Shown: piece by piece, positions 13,551 through 27,699 of the stretch
Numbering within the stretch: the first letter of the stretch is position 1
Layout of the letters: each line of letters begins with the position of its first letter
Source of the DNA: Eledone cirrhosa
Taxonomy: Eukaryota
Direction: 5' to 3'
Length of the DNA: 64,000 nucleotides
Assembly: GCA_964016885.1 (NCBI GenBank)
Contig: OZ024744.1
Span: forward strand, 22,258,001-22,322,000
Notes under the pieces: generated by a model
The model's database searches: none
Told to the model about the DNA's origin: nothing
Seen by the model: only the letters and a program-made list of their open reading frames with translations
Made by a program: the position numbers and the translations under genes

Positions 13551-16500
13551 ACGTTGACATAGATAACATAGGTGAGATGTTGACGTGGTGGTCAGTTAGG
13601 TTGACATAGATAACATAGAGTGAGATGTTGTCGTTGTGGTCAGTTAGGTTGCCATAGATAACAAAGAGTAAGATGTTGTCGTGGTGGTCAGATAGCTGGA
13701 CATAGATAACATAGGTGGGATGTTGTCGTGGTGGTCAGTTAGTTTTACATAGATAACATAGAGTGAGATGTTGTCGTGGTGGTCTTTTAGGTTGACATAG
13801 ATATCATAGGTGGGATGTTGTCGTGGTGGTCAGTTAGGTTGACATAGATAACATAGGTGAGATGTTGTCGTGGTGGTCAGTTAGGTTGACATAGATAACA
13901 TAGAGTGAGATGTTGTCGTGGTGGTCAGTTAGGTTGACATAGATAACATAGGTGGGATGTTGTCGTGGTGGTCAGTTAGGTTTACATAGATAACATAGAG
14001 TGAGATGTTGTCGTGGTGGTCTTTTAGGTTGACATAGATAACATAGGTGGGATGTTGTCGTGGTGGTCAGTTAGGTTGACATAGATAACATAGGTGAGAT
14101 CTTGTCGTAGTGGTCAGTTAGGTTGACATAGATAACATAGAGTGAGATGTTGTCGTGGTGGTCAGTTAGGTTGACATAGATAACATAGGTGGGATGTTGT
14201 CGTGGTGGTCAGTTAGGTTGACATAGATAACATTGGTGAGATGTTGTCGTTGTGGTCAGTTAGGTTGCCATAGATAACAAAGAGTAAGATGTTGTCGTGG
14301 TGGTCAGATAGCTGGACATAGATAACATAGGTGGGATGTTGTCGTGGTGGTCAGTTAGGTTGACATAGATAACATTGGTGAGATGTTGTTGTGGTGGTCA
14401 GTTAGGTTGACATAGATAACATTGGTGAGATGTTGTCGTGGTGGTCAGTTAGGTTGACACAGATAACATAGGTGGGATGTTGTCGGGGTGGTCAGTTAGG
14501 TTGACATAGATAACATAGAGTGAGATGTTGTCGTGGTGGTCAGGTAGGTTGACATAGATAACATAGGTGGGATGTTGTTGTGGTGGCCAGTTAGGTTGAC
14601 ATAGATAACATAGAGTGAGATGTTGTCGTGGTGGTCAGTTTGGTTGACATAGATAACATAGGTGGGATGTTGTCGTGGTGGTCAGTTACGTTGACATAGA
14701 TAACATAGGTGAGATGTTGTCGTGGTGGTCAGTTAGGTTGACATAGATAACATAGAGTGAGATGTTGTCGTTGTGGTCAGTTAGGTTGCCATAGATAACA
14801 AAGAGTAAGATGTTGTCGTGGTGGTCAGATAGCTGGACATAGATAACATAGGTGGGATGTTGTCGTGGTGGTCAGTTAGGTTTACATAGATAACATAGAG
14901 TGAGATGCTGTCGTGGTGGTCTTTTAGGTTGACATAGATAACATAGGTGGGATGTTGTCGTGGTGGTCAGTTAGGTTGACATAGATAACATAGGTGAGAT
15001 GTTGTCGTGGTGGTCAGTTAGGTTGACATAGATAACATAGGTGGGATGTTGTCGTGGTGGTCAGTTAGGTTGGCATAGATAACATTGGTGAGATGTTGTC
15101 GTTGTGGTCAGTTAGGTTGCCATAGATAACAAAGAGTAAGATGTTGTTGTGGTGGTCAGATAGCTGGACATAGATAACATAGGTGGGATGTTGTCGTGGT
15201 GGTCAGTTAGGTTTACATAGATAACATAGAGTGAGATGTTGTCGTGGTGGTCTTTTAGGTTGACATAGATAACATAGGTGGGATGTTGTCGTGGTGGTCA
15301 GTTAGGTTGACATAGATAACATAGGTGAGATGTTGTCGTGGTGGTCAGTTAGGTTGACATAGATAACATAGAGTGAGATGTTGTCGTGGTGGTCAGTTAG
15401 GTTGACATAGATAACATAGGTGGGATGTTGTCGGGGTGGTCAGTTAGGTTGACATAGATAACAAAGAGTAAGATGTTGTCGTGGTGGTCAGATAGTTGGA
15501 CATAGATAACATAGGTGGGATGTTGTCGTGGTGGTCAGTTAGGTTTACATAGATAACATAGAGTGAGATGTTGTCGTGGTGGTCTTTTAGGTTGACATAG
15601 ATAACATAGTTGGGATGTTGTCGTGGTGGTCAGTTAGGTTGACATAGATAACATAGGTGAGATGTTGTCGTGGTGGTCAGTTAGGTTGACATAGATAACA
15701 TAGAGTGAGATGTTGTCGTGGTGGTCAGTTAGGTTGACATAGATAACATAGGTGGGATGTTGTCGTGGTGGTCAGTTAGGTTGACATAGATAACATTGGT
15801 GAGATGTTGTCGTGGTGGTCAGTTAGGTTGACATAGATAACATTGGTGAGATGTTGTCGTGGTGGTCAGTTAGGTTGACACAGATAACATAGGTGGGATG
15901 TTGTCGGGGCGGTCAGTTAGGTTGACATAGATAACAGAGTGAGATGTTGTCGTGGTGGTCAGGTAGGTTGACATAGATAACATAGGTGGGATGTTGTTGT
16001 GGTGGTCAGTTAGGTTGACATAGATAACATTGGTGTGATGTTGTAGTGGTGGTCAGTTAGGTTGACATAGATAACATAGAGTGAGATGTTGTCGTGGTGG
16101 TCAGTTAGGTTGACATAGATAACATAGGTGGGATGTTGTCGTGGTCAGTTAGGTTGACATAGATAACATAGAGTGAGATGTTGTCGTCGTGGTCAGTTAG
16201 GCTGACATAGAGAGCATAGAGTGAGATGTTGTTGTGGTCAGTTAGGTTGACATAGATAACATAGAGTGAGATGTTGTCGTGGTGGTCAGTTTGGTTGACA
16301 TAGATAACATAGGTGGGATGTTGTCGTGGTGGTCAGTTACGTTGACATAGATAACATAGGTGAGATGTTGTCGTGGTGGTCAGTTAGGTTGACATAGATA
16401 ACATAGAGTGAGATGTTGTCGTTGTGGTCAGTTAGGTTGCCATAGATAACAAAGAGTAAGATGTTGTCGTGGTGGTCAGATAGCTGGACATAGATAACAT

Positions 16501-17739
16501 AGGTGGGATGTTGTCGTGGTGATCAGTTAGGTTTACATAGATAACATAGAGTGAGATGCTGTCGTGGTGGTCTTTTAGGTTGACGTAGATAACATAGGTG
16601 GGATGTTGTCGTGGTGGTCAGTTACGTTGACATAGATAACATAGGTGAGATGTTGTCGTGGTGGTCAGTTAGGTTGACATAGATAACATAGGTGGGATGT
16701 TGTCGTGGTGGTCAGTTAGGTTGACATAGATAACATTGGTGAGATGTTGTCGTTGTGGACAGTTAGGTTGCCATAGATAACAAAGAGTAAGATGTTGTCG
16801 TGGTGGTCAGATAGCTGGACATAGATAACATAGGTGGGATGTTGTCGTGGTGGTCAGTTAGGTTTACATAGATAACATAGAGTGAGATGTTGTCTTGGTG
16901 GTCTTTTAGGTTGACATAGATAACATAGGTGGGATGTTGTCGTGGTGGTCAGTTAGGTTGACATAGATAACATAGGTGAGATGTTGTCGTGGTGGTCAGT
17001 TAGGTTGACATAGATAACATAGAGTGAGATGTTGTCGTGGTGGTCAGTTAGGTTGACATAGATAACATAGGTGGGATGTTGTCGGGGTGGTCAGTTAGGT
17101 TGCCATAGATAACAAAGAGTAAGATGTTGTCGTGGTGGTCAGATAGCTGGACATAGATAACATAGGTGGGATGTTGTCGTGGTGGTCAGTTAGGTTTACA
17201 TAGATAACATAGAGTGAGATGTTGTCGTGGTGGTCAGTTAGGTTGACATAGATAACATAGGTGGGATATTGTCGTGGTGGTCAGTTAGGTTGACATAGAT
17301 AACATAGGTGGGATGTTGTCGTGGTGGTCAGTTAGGTTGACATAGATAACATAGGTGAGATGTTGTCGTGGCGGTCAGTTAGGTTGACATAGATAACATA
17401 GAGTGAGATGTTGTCGTGGTGGTCAGTTAGGTTGACATAGATAACATAGGTGGGATATTGTCGTGGTCATCAGTTAGGTTGACATAGATAACATTGGTGA
17501 GATGTTGTCGTTGTGGTCAGTTAGGTTGCCATAGATAACAAAGAGTAAGATGTTGTCGTGGTGGTCAGATAGCTGGACATAGATAACATAGGTGGGATGT
17601 TGTCGTGGTGGTCAGTTAGGTTTACATAGATAACATAGAGTGAGATGTTGTCGTGGTGGTCTTTTAGGTTGACATAGATAACATAGGTGGGATGTTGTCG
17701 TGGTGGTCAGTTAGTTTGACATAGATAACATAGGCGAGA

Positions 17740-20700
17740 TGTTGTCGTGGTGGTCAGTTAGGTTGACATAGATAACATAGAGTGAGATGTTGTCGTGGTG
17801 GTCAGTTAGGTTGACATAGATAACATAGGTGGGATGTTGTCGTGGTGGTCAGTTAGGTTGACATAGATAACATTGGTGAGATGTTGTCGTGGTGGTCAGT
17901 TAGCTTGACATAGATAACATTGGTGAGATGTTGTCGTGGTGGTCAGTTAGGTTGACACAGATAACATAGGTGGGATGTTGTCGGGGTGGTCAGTTAGGTT
18001 GACATAGATAACATAGAGTGAGATGTTGTCGTGGTGGTCAGGTAGGTTGACATAGATAACATAGGTGGGATGTTGTTGTGGTGGTCAGTTAGGTTGACAT
18101 AGATAACATTGGTGTGATGTTGTAGTGGTGGTTAGTTAGGTTGACATAGATAACATTTGTGAGATGTTGTCGTGGTGGTCAGTTAGGTTGACACAGATAA
18201 CATAGATGGGATGTTGGGGTGGTGGTCAGTTAGGTTGACATAGATAACATAGAGTGAGATGTTTTCGTGGTGGTCAGTTAGGTTGACATAGATAACATAG
18301 AGTGAGATGTTGTCGTGGTGGTCAGTTAGTTTGACATAGATAACATAGGTGGGATGTTGTCGTGGTCAGTTAGGTTGACATAGATAACATAGAGTGAGAT
18401 GTTTTCGTCGTGGTCAGTTAGGCTGACATAGAGAGCATAGAGTGAGATGTTGTTGTGGTCAGTTAGGTTGACATAGATAACATAGAGTGAGATGTTGTCG
18501 TGGTGGTCAGTTTGGTTGACATAGATAACATAGGTGGGATGTTGTCGTGGTGGTCAGTTACGTTGACATAGATAACATAGGTGAGATGTTGTCGTGGTTG
18601 TCAGTTAGGTTGACATAGATAACATAGAGTGAGATGTTGTCGTTGTGGTCAGTTAGGTTGCCATAGATATCAAAGAGTAAGATGTTGTCGTGGTGGTCAG
18701 ATAGCTGGACATAGATAACATAGGTGGGATGTTGTCGTGGTGGTCAGTTAGGTTTACATAGATAACATAGAGTGAGATGTTGTCGTGGTGGTCTTTTAGG
18801 TTGACATAGATAACATAGGTGGGATGTTGTCGTGGTGGTCAGTTAGGTTGACATAGATAACATAGGTGAGATGTTGTCGTGGTGGTCAGTTAGGTTGACA
18901 TAGATAACATAGAGTGAGATATTGTCGTGGTGGTCAGTTAGGTTGACATAGATAACAGGTGGGATGTTGTCGTGGTGGTCAGTTAGGTTGACATAGATAA
19001 CATTGGTGAGATGTTGTCGTGGTGGTCAGTTAGGTTGACATAGATAACATTGGTGAGATGTTGTCGTGGTGATCAGTTAGGTTGACACAGATAACATAGG
19101 TGGGATGTTGTCGGGGTGGTCAGTTAGGTTGACATAGATAACATAGGTGGGATGTTGTTGTGGTGGTCAGTTAGGTTGACATATATAACATTGGTGTGAT
19201 GTTGTAGTGGTGGTCAGTTAGGTTGACATAGATAACATTTGTGAGATGCTGTCGTGGTGGTCAGTTAGGTTGACACAGATAACATAGGTGGGATGTTGGG
19301 GTGGTGGTCAGTTAGGTTGACATAGATAACATAGAGTGATATGTTTTCGTGGTGGTCAGTTAGGTTGACATAGATAACATAGAGTGAGATGTTGTCGTGG
19401 TGGTCAGTTAGGTTGACATAGATAACACAGGTGGGATGCTGTCGTGGTCAGTTAGGTTGACATAGATAACATCGAGTGAGATGTTGTCGTCGTGGTCAGT
19501 TAGGCTGACATAGAGAGCATAGAGTGAGATATTGTCGTGGTCAGTTAGGTTGACATAGATAACATAGAGTGAGATGTTGTCGTGGTGGTCAGTTAGTTTG
19601 ACATAGATAACATAGGTGGAATTTTGTCGTTGTGGTCAGTTACGTTGACATAGATAACATAGGTGAGATGTTGTCGGGGTGGTCAGTTAGGTTGACATAG
19701 ATAACATTGGTGAGATGTTGTCGTTGTGGACAGTTAGGTTGCCATAGATAACAAAGAGTAAGATGTTGTCGTGGTGGTCAGATAGCTGGACATAGATAAC
19801 ATAGGTGGGATGTTGTCGTGGTGGTCAGTTAGGTTTACATAGATAACATAGAGTGAGATGTTGTCGTGGTGGTCTTTTAGGTTGACATAGATAACATAGG
19901 TGGGATGTTGTCGTGGTGGTCAGTTAGGTTGACATAGATAACATAGGTGAGATGTTGTCGTGGTGGTCAGTTAGGTTGACATAGATAACATAGAGTGAGA
20001 TGTTCTCGTGGTGGTCAGTTAGGTTGACATAGATAACATAGGTGGGATGTTGTCGGGGTGGTCAGTTAGGTTGCCATAGATAACAAAGAGTAAGATGTTG
20101 TCGTGGTGGTCAGTTAGGTTGACATAGATAACATAGAGTGAGATGTTGTCGTGGTGGTCAGTTAGGTTGACATAGATAACATAGGTGGGATGTTGTCGTG
20201 GTGGTCAGTTAGGTTGACATAGATAACATTGGTGAGATGTTGTCGTGGTGGTCAGTTAGGTTGACATAGATAACATTGGTGAGATGTTGTCGTGGTGGTC
20301 AGTTAGGTTGACACAGATAACATAGGTGGGATGTTGTCGGGGTGGTCAGTTAGGTTGACATAGATAACATAGAGTGAGATGTTGTCGTGGTGGTCAGGTA
20401 GGTTGACATAGATAACATAGGTGGGATGTTGTTGTGGTGGTCAGTTAGGTTGACATAGATAACATCGGTGTGATGTTGTAGTGGTGGTTAGTTAGGTTGA
20501 CATAGATAACATTTGTGAGATGTTGTCGTGGTGGTCAGTTAGGTTGACACAGATAACATAGATGGGATGTTGGGGTGGTGGTCAGTTAGGTTGACATAGA
20601 TAACATAGAGTGAGATGTTTTCGTGGTGGTCAGTTAGGTTGACATAGATAACATAGAGTGAGATGTTGTCGTGGTGGTCAGTTAGTTTGACATAGATAAC

Positions 20701-22320
20701 ATAGGTGGGATGTTGTCGTGGTCAGTTAGGTTGACATAGATAACATAGAGTGAGATGTTGTCGTCGTGGTCAGTTAGGCTGACATAGAGAGCATAGAGTG
20801 AGATGTTGTTGTGGTCAGTTAGGTTGACATAGATAACATAGAGTGAGATGTTGTCGTGGTGGTCAGTTTGGTTGACATAGATAACATAGGTGGGATGTTG
20901 TCGTGGTGGTCAGTTACGTTGACATAGATAACATAGGTGAGATGTTGTCGTGGTTGTCAGTTAGGTTGACATAGATAACATAGAGTGAGATGTTGTCGTT
21001 GTGGTCAGTTAGGTTGCCATAGATATCAAAGAGTAAGATGTTGTCGTGGTGGTCAGATAGCTGGACATAGATAACATAGGTGGGATGTTGTCGTGGTGGT
21101 CAGTTAGGTTTACATAGATAACATAGAGTGAGATGTTGTCGTGGTGGTCTTTTAGGTTGACATAGATAACATAGGTGGGATGTTGTCGTGGTGGTCAGTT
21201 AGGTTGACATAGATAACATAGGTGAGATGTTGTCGTGGTGGTCAGTTAGGTTGACATAGATAACATAGAGTGAGATATTGTCGTGGTGGTCAGTTAGGTT
21301 GACATAGATAACAGGTGGGATGTTGTCGTGGTGGTCAGTTAGGTTGACATAGATAACATTGGTGAGATGTTGTCGTGGTGGTCAGTTAGGTTGACATAGA
21401 TAACATTGGTGAGATGTTGTCGTGGTGATCAGTTAGGTTGACACAGATAACATAGGTGGGATGTTGTCGGGGTGGTCAGTTAGGTTGACATAGATAACAT
21501 AGGTGGGATGTTGTTGTGGTGGTCAGTTAGGTTGACATAGATAACATTGGTGTGATGTTGTAGTGGTGGTCAGTTAGGTTGACATAGATAACATTTGTGA
21601 GATGCTGTCGTGGTGGTCAGTTAGGTTGACACAGATAACATAGGTGGGATGTTGGGGTGGTGGTCAGTTAGGTTGACATAGATAACATAGAGTGATATGT
21701 TTTCGTGGTGGTCAGTTAGGTTGACATAGATAACATAGAGTGAGATGTTGTCGTGGTGGTCAGTTAGGTTGACATAGATAACACAGGTGGGATGCTGTCG
21801 TGGTCAGTTAGGTTGACATAGATAACATCGAGTGAGATGTTGTCGTCGTGGTCAGTTAGGCTGACATAGAGAGCATAGAGTGAGATATTGTCGTGGTCAG
21901 TTAGGTTGACATAGATAACATAGAGTGAGATGTTGTCGTGGTGGTCAGTTAGTTTGACATAGATAACATAGGTGGAATTTTGTCGTTGTGGTCAGTTACG
22001 TTGACATAGATAACATAGGTGAGATGTTGTCGGGGTGGTCAGTTAGGTTGACATAGATAACATTGGTGAGATGTTGTCGTTGTGGACAGTTAGGTTGCCA
22101 TAGATAACAAAGAGTAAGATGTTGTCGTGGTGGTCAGATAGCTGGACATAGATAACATAGGTGGGATGTTGTCGTGGTGGTCAGTTAGGTTTACATAGAT
22201 AACATAGAGTGAGATGTTGTCGTGGTGGTCTTTTAGGTTGACATAGATAACATAGGTGGGATGTTGTCGTGGTGGTCAGTTAGGTTGACATAGATAACAT
22301 AGGTGAGATGTTGTCGTGGT
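17740..22320 (+). repeat. 2,356-bp tandem duplication (50 monomers)
   Basis: TGTAGTGGTGGTTAG (18121/20477), the 2-bp-deleted GATAACAGGT (18951/21307) and CATAGGTGGAATTT (19611/21967) are all 2356 apart. Confidence 0.85.
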
Positions 22321-24900
22321 CAGTTAGGTTGACATAGATAACATAGAGTGAGATGTTGTCGTCGTGGTCAGTTAGGCTGACATAGAGAGCATAGAGTGAG
22401 ATATTGTTGTGGTCAGTTAGGTTGACATAGATAACATAGAGTGAGATGTTGTCGTGGTGGTCAGTTTGGTTGACATAGATAACATAGGTGGGATGTTGTC
22501 GTGGTGGTCAGTTACGTTGACATAGATAACATAGGTGAGATGTTGTCGTGGTTGTCAGTCAGGTTGACATAGATAACATAGAGTGAGATGTTGTCGTTGT
22601 GGTCAGTTAGGTTGCCATAGATATCAAAGAGTAAGATGTTGTCGTGGTGGTCAGATAGCTGGAAATAGATAACATAGGTGGGATGTTGTCGTGGTGGTCA
22701 GTTAGGTTTACATAGATAACATAGAGTGAGATGTTGTCGTGGTGGTCTTTTAGGTTGACATAGATAACATAGGTGGGATGTTGTCGTGGTGGTCAGTTAG
22801 GTTGACATAGATAACATAGGTGAGATGTTGTCGTGGTGGTCAGTTAGGTTGACATAGATAACATAGAGTGAGATATTGTCGTGGTGGTCAGTTAGGTTGA
22901 CATAGATAACAGGTGGGATGTTGTCGTGGTGGTCAGTTAGGTTGACATAGATAACACTGGTGAGATGTTGTCGTGGTGGTCAGTTAGGTTGACATAGATA
23001 ACATTGGTGAGATGTTGTCGTGGTGGTCAGTTAGGTTGACACAGATAACATAGGTGGGATGTTGTCGGGGTGGTCAGTTAGGTTGACATAGATAACATAG
23101 GTGGGATGTTGTTGTGGTGGTCAGTTAGGTTGACATAGATAACATTGGTGTGATGTTGTAGTGGTGGTCAGTTAGGTTGACATAGATAACATTTGTGAGA
23201 TGATGTCGTGGTGGTCAGTTAGGTTGACACAGATAACATAGGTGGGATGTTGGGGTGGTGGTCAGTTAGGTTGACATAGATAACATAGAGTGATATGTTT
23301 TCGTGGTGGTCAGTTAGGTTGACATAGATAACATAGAGTGAGATGTTGTTGTGGTGGTCAGTTAGGTTGACATAGATAACATTGGTGTGATGTTGTAGTG
23401 GTGGTCAGTTAGGTTGACATAGATAACATTTGTGAGATGATGTCGTGGTGGTCAGTTAGGTTGACACAGATAACATAGGTGGGATGTTGGGGTGGTGGTC
23501 AGTTAGGTTGACATAGATAACATAGAGTGATATGTTCTCGTGGTGGTCAGTTAGGTTGACATAGATAACATAGGTGGGATGTTGTCGGGGTGGTCAGTTA
23601 GGTTGACATAGATAACATAGGTGGGATGTTGTCGGGGTGGTCAGTTAGGTTGCCATAGATAACAAAGAGTAAGATGTTGTCGTGGTGGTCAGATAGCTGG
23701 ACATAGATAACATAGGTGGGATGTTGTCGTGGTGGTCAGTTAGGTTTACATAGATAACATAGAGTGAGATGTTGTCGTGGTGGTCTTTTAGGTTGACATA
23801 GATAACATAGGTGGGATGTTGTCGTGGTGGTCAGTTAGGTTGACATAGATAACATAGGTGAGATGTTGTCGTGGTCAGTTAGGTTGACATAGATAACATA
23901 GAGTGAGATGTTGTCGTCGTGGTCAGTTAGGCTGACATAGAGAGCATAGAGTGAGATATTGTTGTGGTCAGTTAGGTTGACATAGATAACATAGAGTGAG
24001 ATGTTGTCGTGGTGGTCAGTTTGGTTGACATAGATAACATAGGTGGGATGTTGTCGTGGTGGTCAGTTACGTTGACATAGATAACATAGGTGAGATGTTG
24101 TCGTGGTTGTCAGTCAGGTTGACATAGATAACATAGAGTGAGATGTTATCGTTGTGGTCAGTTAGGTTGCCATAGATATCAAAGAGTAAGATGTTGTCGT
24201 GGTGGTCAGATAGCTGGAAATAGATAACATAGGTGGGATGTTGTCGTGGTGGTCAGTTAGGTTTACATAGATAACATAGAGTGAGATGTTGTCGTGGTGG
24301 TCTTTTAGGTTGACATAGATAACATAGGTGGGATGTTGTCGTGGTGGTCAGTTAGGTTGACATAGATAACATAGGTGAGATGTTGTCGTGGTGGTCAGTT
24401 AGGTTGACATAGATAACATAGAGTGAGATATTGTCGTGGTGGTCAGTTAGGTTGACATAGATAACAGGTGGGATGTTGTCGTGGTGGTCAGTTAGGTTGA
24501 CATAGATAACATTGGTGAGATGTTGTCGTGGTGGTCAGTTAGGTTGACATAGATAACATTGGTGAGATGTTGTCGTGGTGGTCAGTTAGGTTGACACAGA
24601 TAACATAGGTGGGATGTTGTCGGGGTGGTCAGTTAGGTTGACATAGATAACATAGGTGGGATGTTGTTGTGGTGGTCAGTTAGGTTGACATAGATAACAT
24701 TGGTGTGATGTTGTAGTGGTGGTCAGTTAGGTTGACATAGATAACATTTGTGAGATGATGTCGTGGTGGTCAGTTAGGTTGACACAGATAACATAGGTGG
24801 GATGTTGGGGTGGTGGTCAGTTAGGTTGACATAGATAACATAGAGTGATATGTTTTCGTGGTGGTCAGTTAGGTTGACATAGATAACATAGAGTGAGATG
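22090..24900 (+). repeat. Duplication with 1,555-bp offset
   Basis: CAGTCAGG (22556/24111), GGAAATAG (22661/24216) and CATAGATAACAGG (22901/24456) are all 1555 apart. Confidence 0.8.
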
Positions 24901-27699
24901 TTATCGTGGTGGTCAGTTAGGTTGACATAGATAACACAGGTGGGATGCTGTCGTGGTCAGTTAGGTTGACATAGATAACATCGAGTGAGATGTTGTCGTC
25001 GTGGTCAGTTAGGCTGACATAGAGAGCATAGAGTGAGATATTGTCGTGGTCAGTTAGGTTGACATAGATAACATAGAGTGAGATGTTGTCGTGGTGGTCA
25101 GTTAGTTTGATATAGATAACATAGGTGGAATTTTGTCGTGGTGGTCAGTTACGTTGACATAGATAACATAGGTGAGATGTTGTCGGGGTGGTCAGTTAGG
25201 TTGACATAGATAACATTGGTGAGATGTTGTCGTTGTGGACAGTTAGGTTGCCATAGATAACAAAGAGTAAGATGTTGTCGTGGTGGTCAGATAGCTGGAC
25301 ATAGATAACATAGGTGGGATGTTGTCGTGGTGGTCAGTTAGGTTTACATAGATAACATAGAGTGAGATGTTGTCGTGGTGGTCTTTTAGGTTGACATAGA
25401 TAACATAGGTGGGATGTTGTCGTGGTGGTCAGTTAGGTTGACATAGATAACATAGGTGAGATGTTGTCGTGGTGGTCAGTTAGGTTGACATAGATAACAT
25501 AGAGTGAGATGTTCTCGTGGTGGTCAGTTAGGTTGACATAGATAACATAGGTGGGATGTTGTCGGGGTGGTCAGTTAGGTTGCCATAGATAACAAAGAGT
25601 AAGATGTTGTCGTGGTGGTCAGATAGCTGGACATAGATAACATAGGTGGGATGTTGTCGTGGTGGTCAGTTAGGTTTACATAGATAACATAGAGTGAGAT
25701 GTTGTCGTGGTGGTCTTTTAGGTTGACATAGATAACATAGGTGGGATGTTGTCGTGGTGGTCAGTTAGGTTGACATAGATAACATAGGTGAGATGTTGTC
25801 GTGGTGGTCAGTTAGGTTGACATAGATAACATAGAGTGAGATGTTGTCGTGGTGGTCAGTTAGGTTGACATAGATAACATAGGTGGGATGTTGTCGTGGT
25901 GGTCAGTTAGGTTGACATAGATAACATTGGTGAGATGTTGTCGTTGTGGTCAGTTAGGTTGCCATAGATAACAAAGAGTAAGATGTTGTAGTGGTGGTCA
26001 GATAGCTGGACATAGATAACATAGGTGGGATGTTGTCGTGGTGGTCAGTTAGGTTTACATAGATAACATAGAGTGAGATGTTGTCGTGGTGGTCTTTTAG
26101 GTTGACATAGATAACATAGGTGGGATGTTGTCGTGGTGGTCAGTTAGGTTGACATAGATAACATAGGTGAGATGTTGTCGTGGTGGTCAGTTAGGTTGAC
26201 ATAGATAACATAGAGTGAGATGTTGTCGTGGTGGTCAGTTAGGTTGACATAGATAACATAGGTGGGATGTTGTCGTGGTGGTCAGTTAGGTTGACATAGA
26301 TAACATTGGTGAGATGTTGTCGTGGTGGTCAGTTAGGTTGACATAGATAACATTGGTGAGATGTTGTCGTGGTGGTCAGTTAGGTTGACATAGATAACAT
26401 TGGTGAGATATTGTCGTGGTGGTCAGTTAGGTTGACACAGATAACATAGGTGGGATGTTGTCGGGGTGGTCAGTTAGGTTGACATAGATAACATAGGTGG
26501 GATGTTGTTGTGGTGGTCAGTTAGGTTGACATAGATAACATTGGTGTGATGTTGTAGTGGTGGTCAGTTAGGTTGACATAGATAACATTTGTGAGATGCT
26601 GTCGTGGTGGTCAGTTAGGTTGACACAGATAACATAGGTGGGATGTTGGGGTGGTGGTCAGTTAGGTTGACATAGATAACATAGAGTGATATGTTTTCGT
26701 GGTGGTCAGTTAGGTTGACATAGATAACATCGAGTGAGATGTTGTCGTCGTGGTCAGTTAGGCTGACATAGAGAGCATAGAGTGAGATATTGTCGTGGTC
26801 AGTTAGGTTGACATAGATAACATAGAGTGAGATGTTGTCGTGGTGGTCAGTTAGTTTGACATAGATAACATAGGTGGAATTTTGTCGTGGTGGTCAGTTA
26901 CGTTGACATAGATAACATAGGTGAGATGTTGTCGTGGTGGTCAGTTAGGTTGACATAGATAACATAGAGTGAGATGTTGTCGTTGTCGTCAATTAGGTTG
27001 CCATAGATAACAAAGAGTAAGATGTTGTCGTGGTGGTCAGATAGCTGGACATAGATAACATAGGTGGAATGTTGTCGTGGTGGTCAGTTAGGTTTACATA
27101 GATAACAATAGGTGGGATGTTGTCGTGGTGGTCAGTTAGGTTGACATAGATAACATAGAGTGAGATGTTGTCGTGGTGGTCAATTAGGTTTACATAGATA
27201 ACATAGGTGGGATGTTGGGGTGGTGGTCAGTTAGGTTGACATAGATAACATAGAGTGAGATGTTTTCGTGGTGGTCAGTTAGGTTGACATAGATAACATA
27301 GAGTGAGATGTTGTCGTGGTCGTCAGTTAGGTTGACATAGATAACATAGAGTGAGATGTTGTCGTGGTCAGTTAGGTTGACATAGATAACATAGGTGGGA
27401 TGTTGTCGTGGTCAGTTAGGTTGACATAGATAACATAGGTGGGATGTTGTCGTGGTGGTCAGTTAGGTTGACATAGATAACATAGGTGGGATGTTGTCGG
27501 GGTGGTCAGTTAGGTTGACATAGATAACATAGAGTGAGATGTTGTCGTGGTGGTCGGTTAGGTTGACATAGATAACATAGGTGGGATGTTGTCGTGGTGG
27601 TCAGTTAGGTTGGCATAGATACCATAGAGTGAGATGTTGTCGTGGTGGTCAGTTAGGTTGACATAGATAACATAGAGTGAGATGATGTCGTGGTGGTCA

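Larger units (their letters stand above)
1..27000 (+). repeat. Left satellite domain, HORs built on an ordered set of about 23-32 variant monomers (about 1.1-1.5 kb)
   Basis: The marker monomer GGCTGACATAGAGAGCATA occurs at 1254 and 2528 (1274 apart), 6470 and 7981 (1511 apart), and 18421 and 19503 (1082 apart). The module GTTGCCATAGATAACAAAGAGTAAG / CAGATAGCTGGAC / GGTTTAC / GGTCTTTTAGG is frequent. I did not see the right-domain markers here. Confidence 0.85.
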
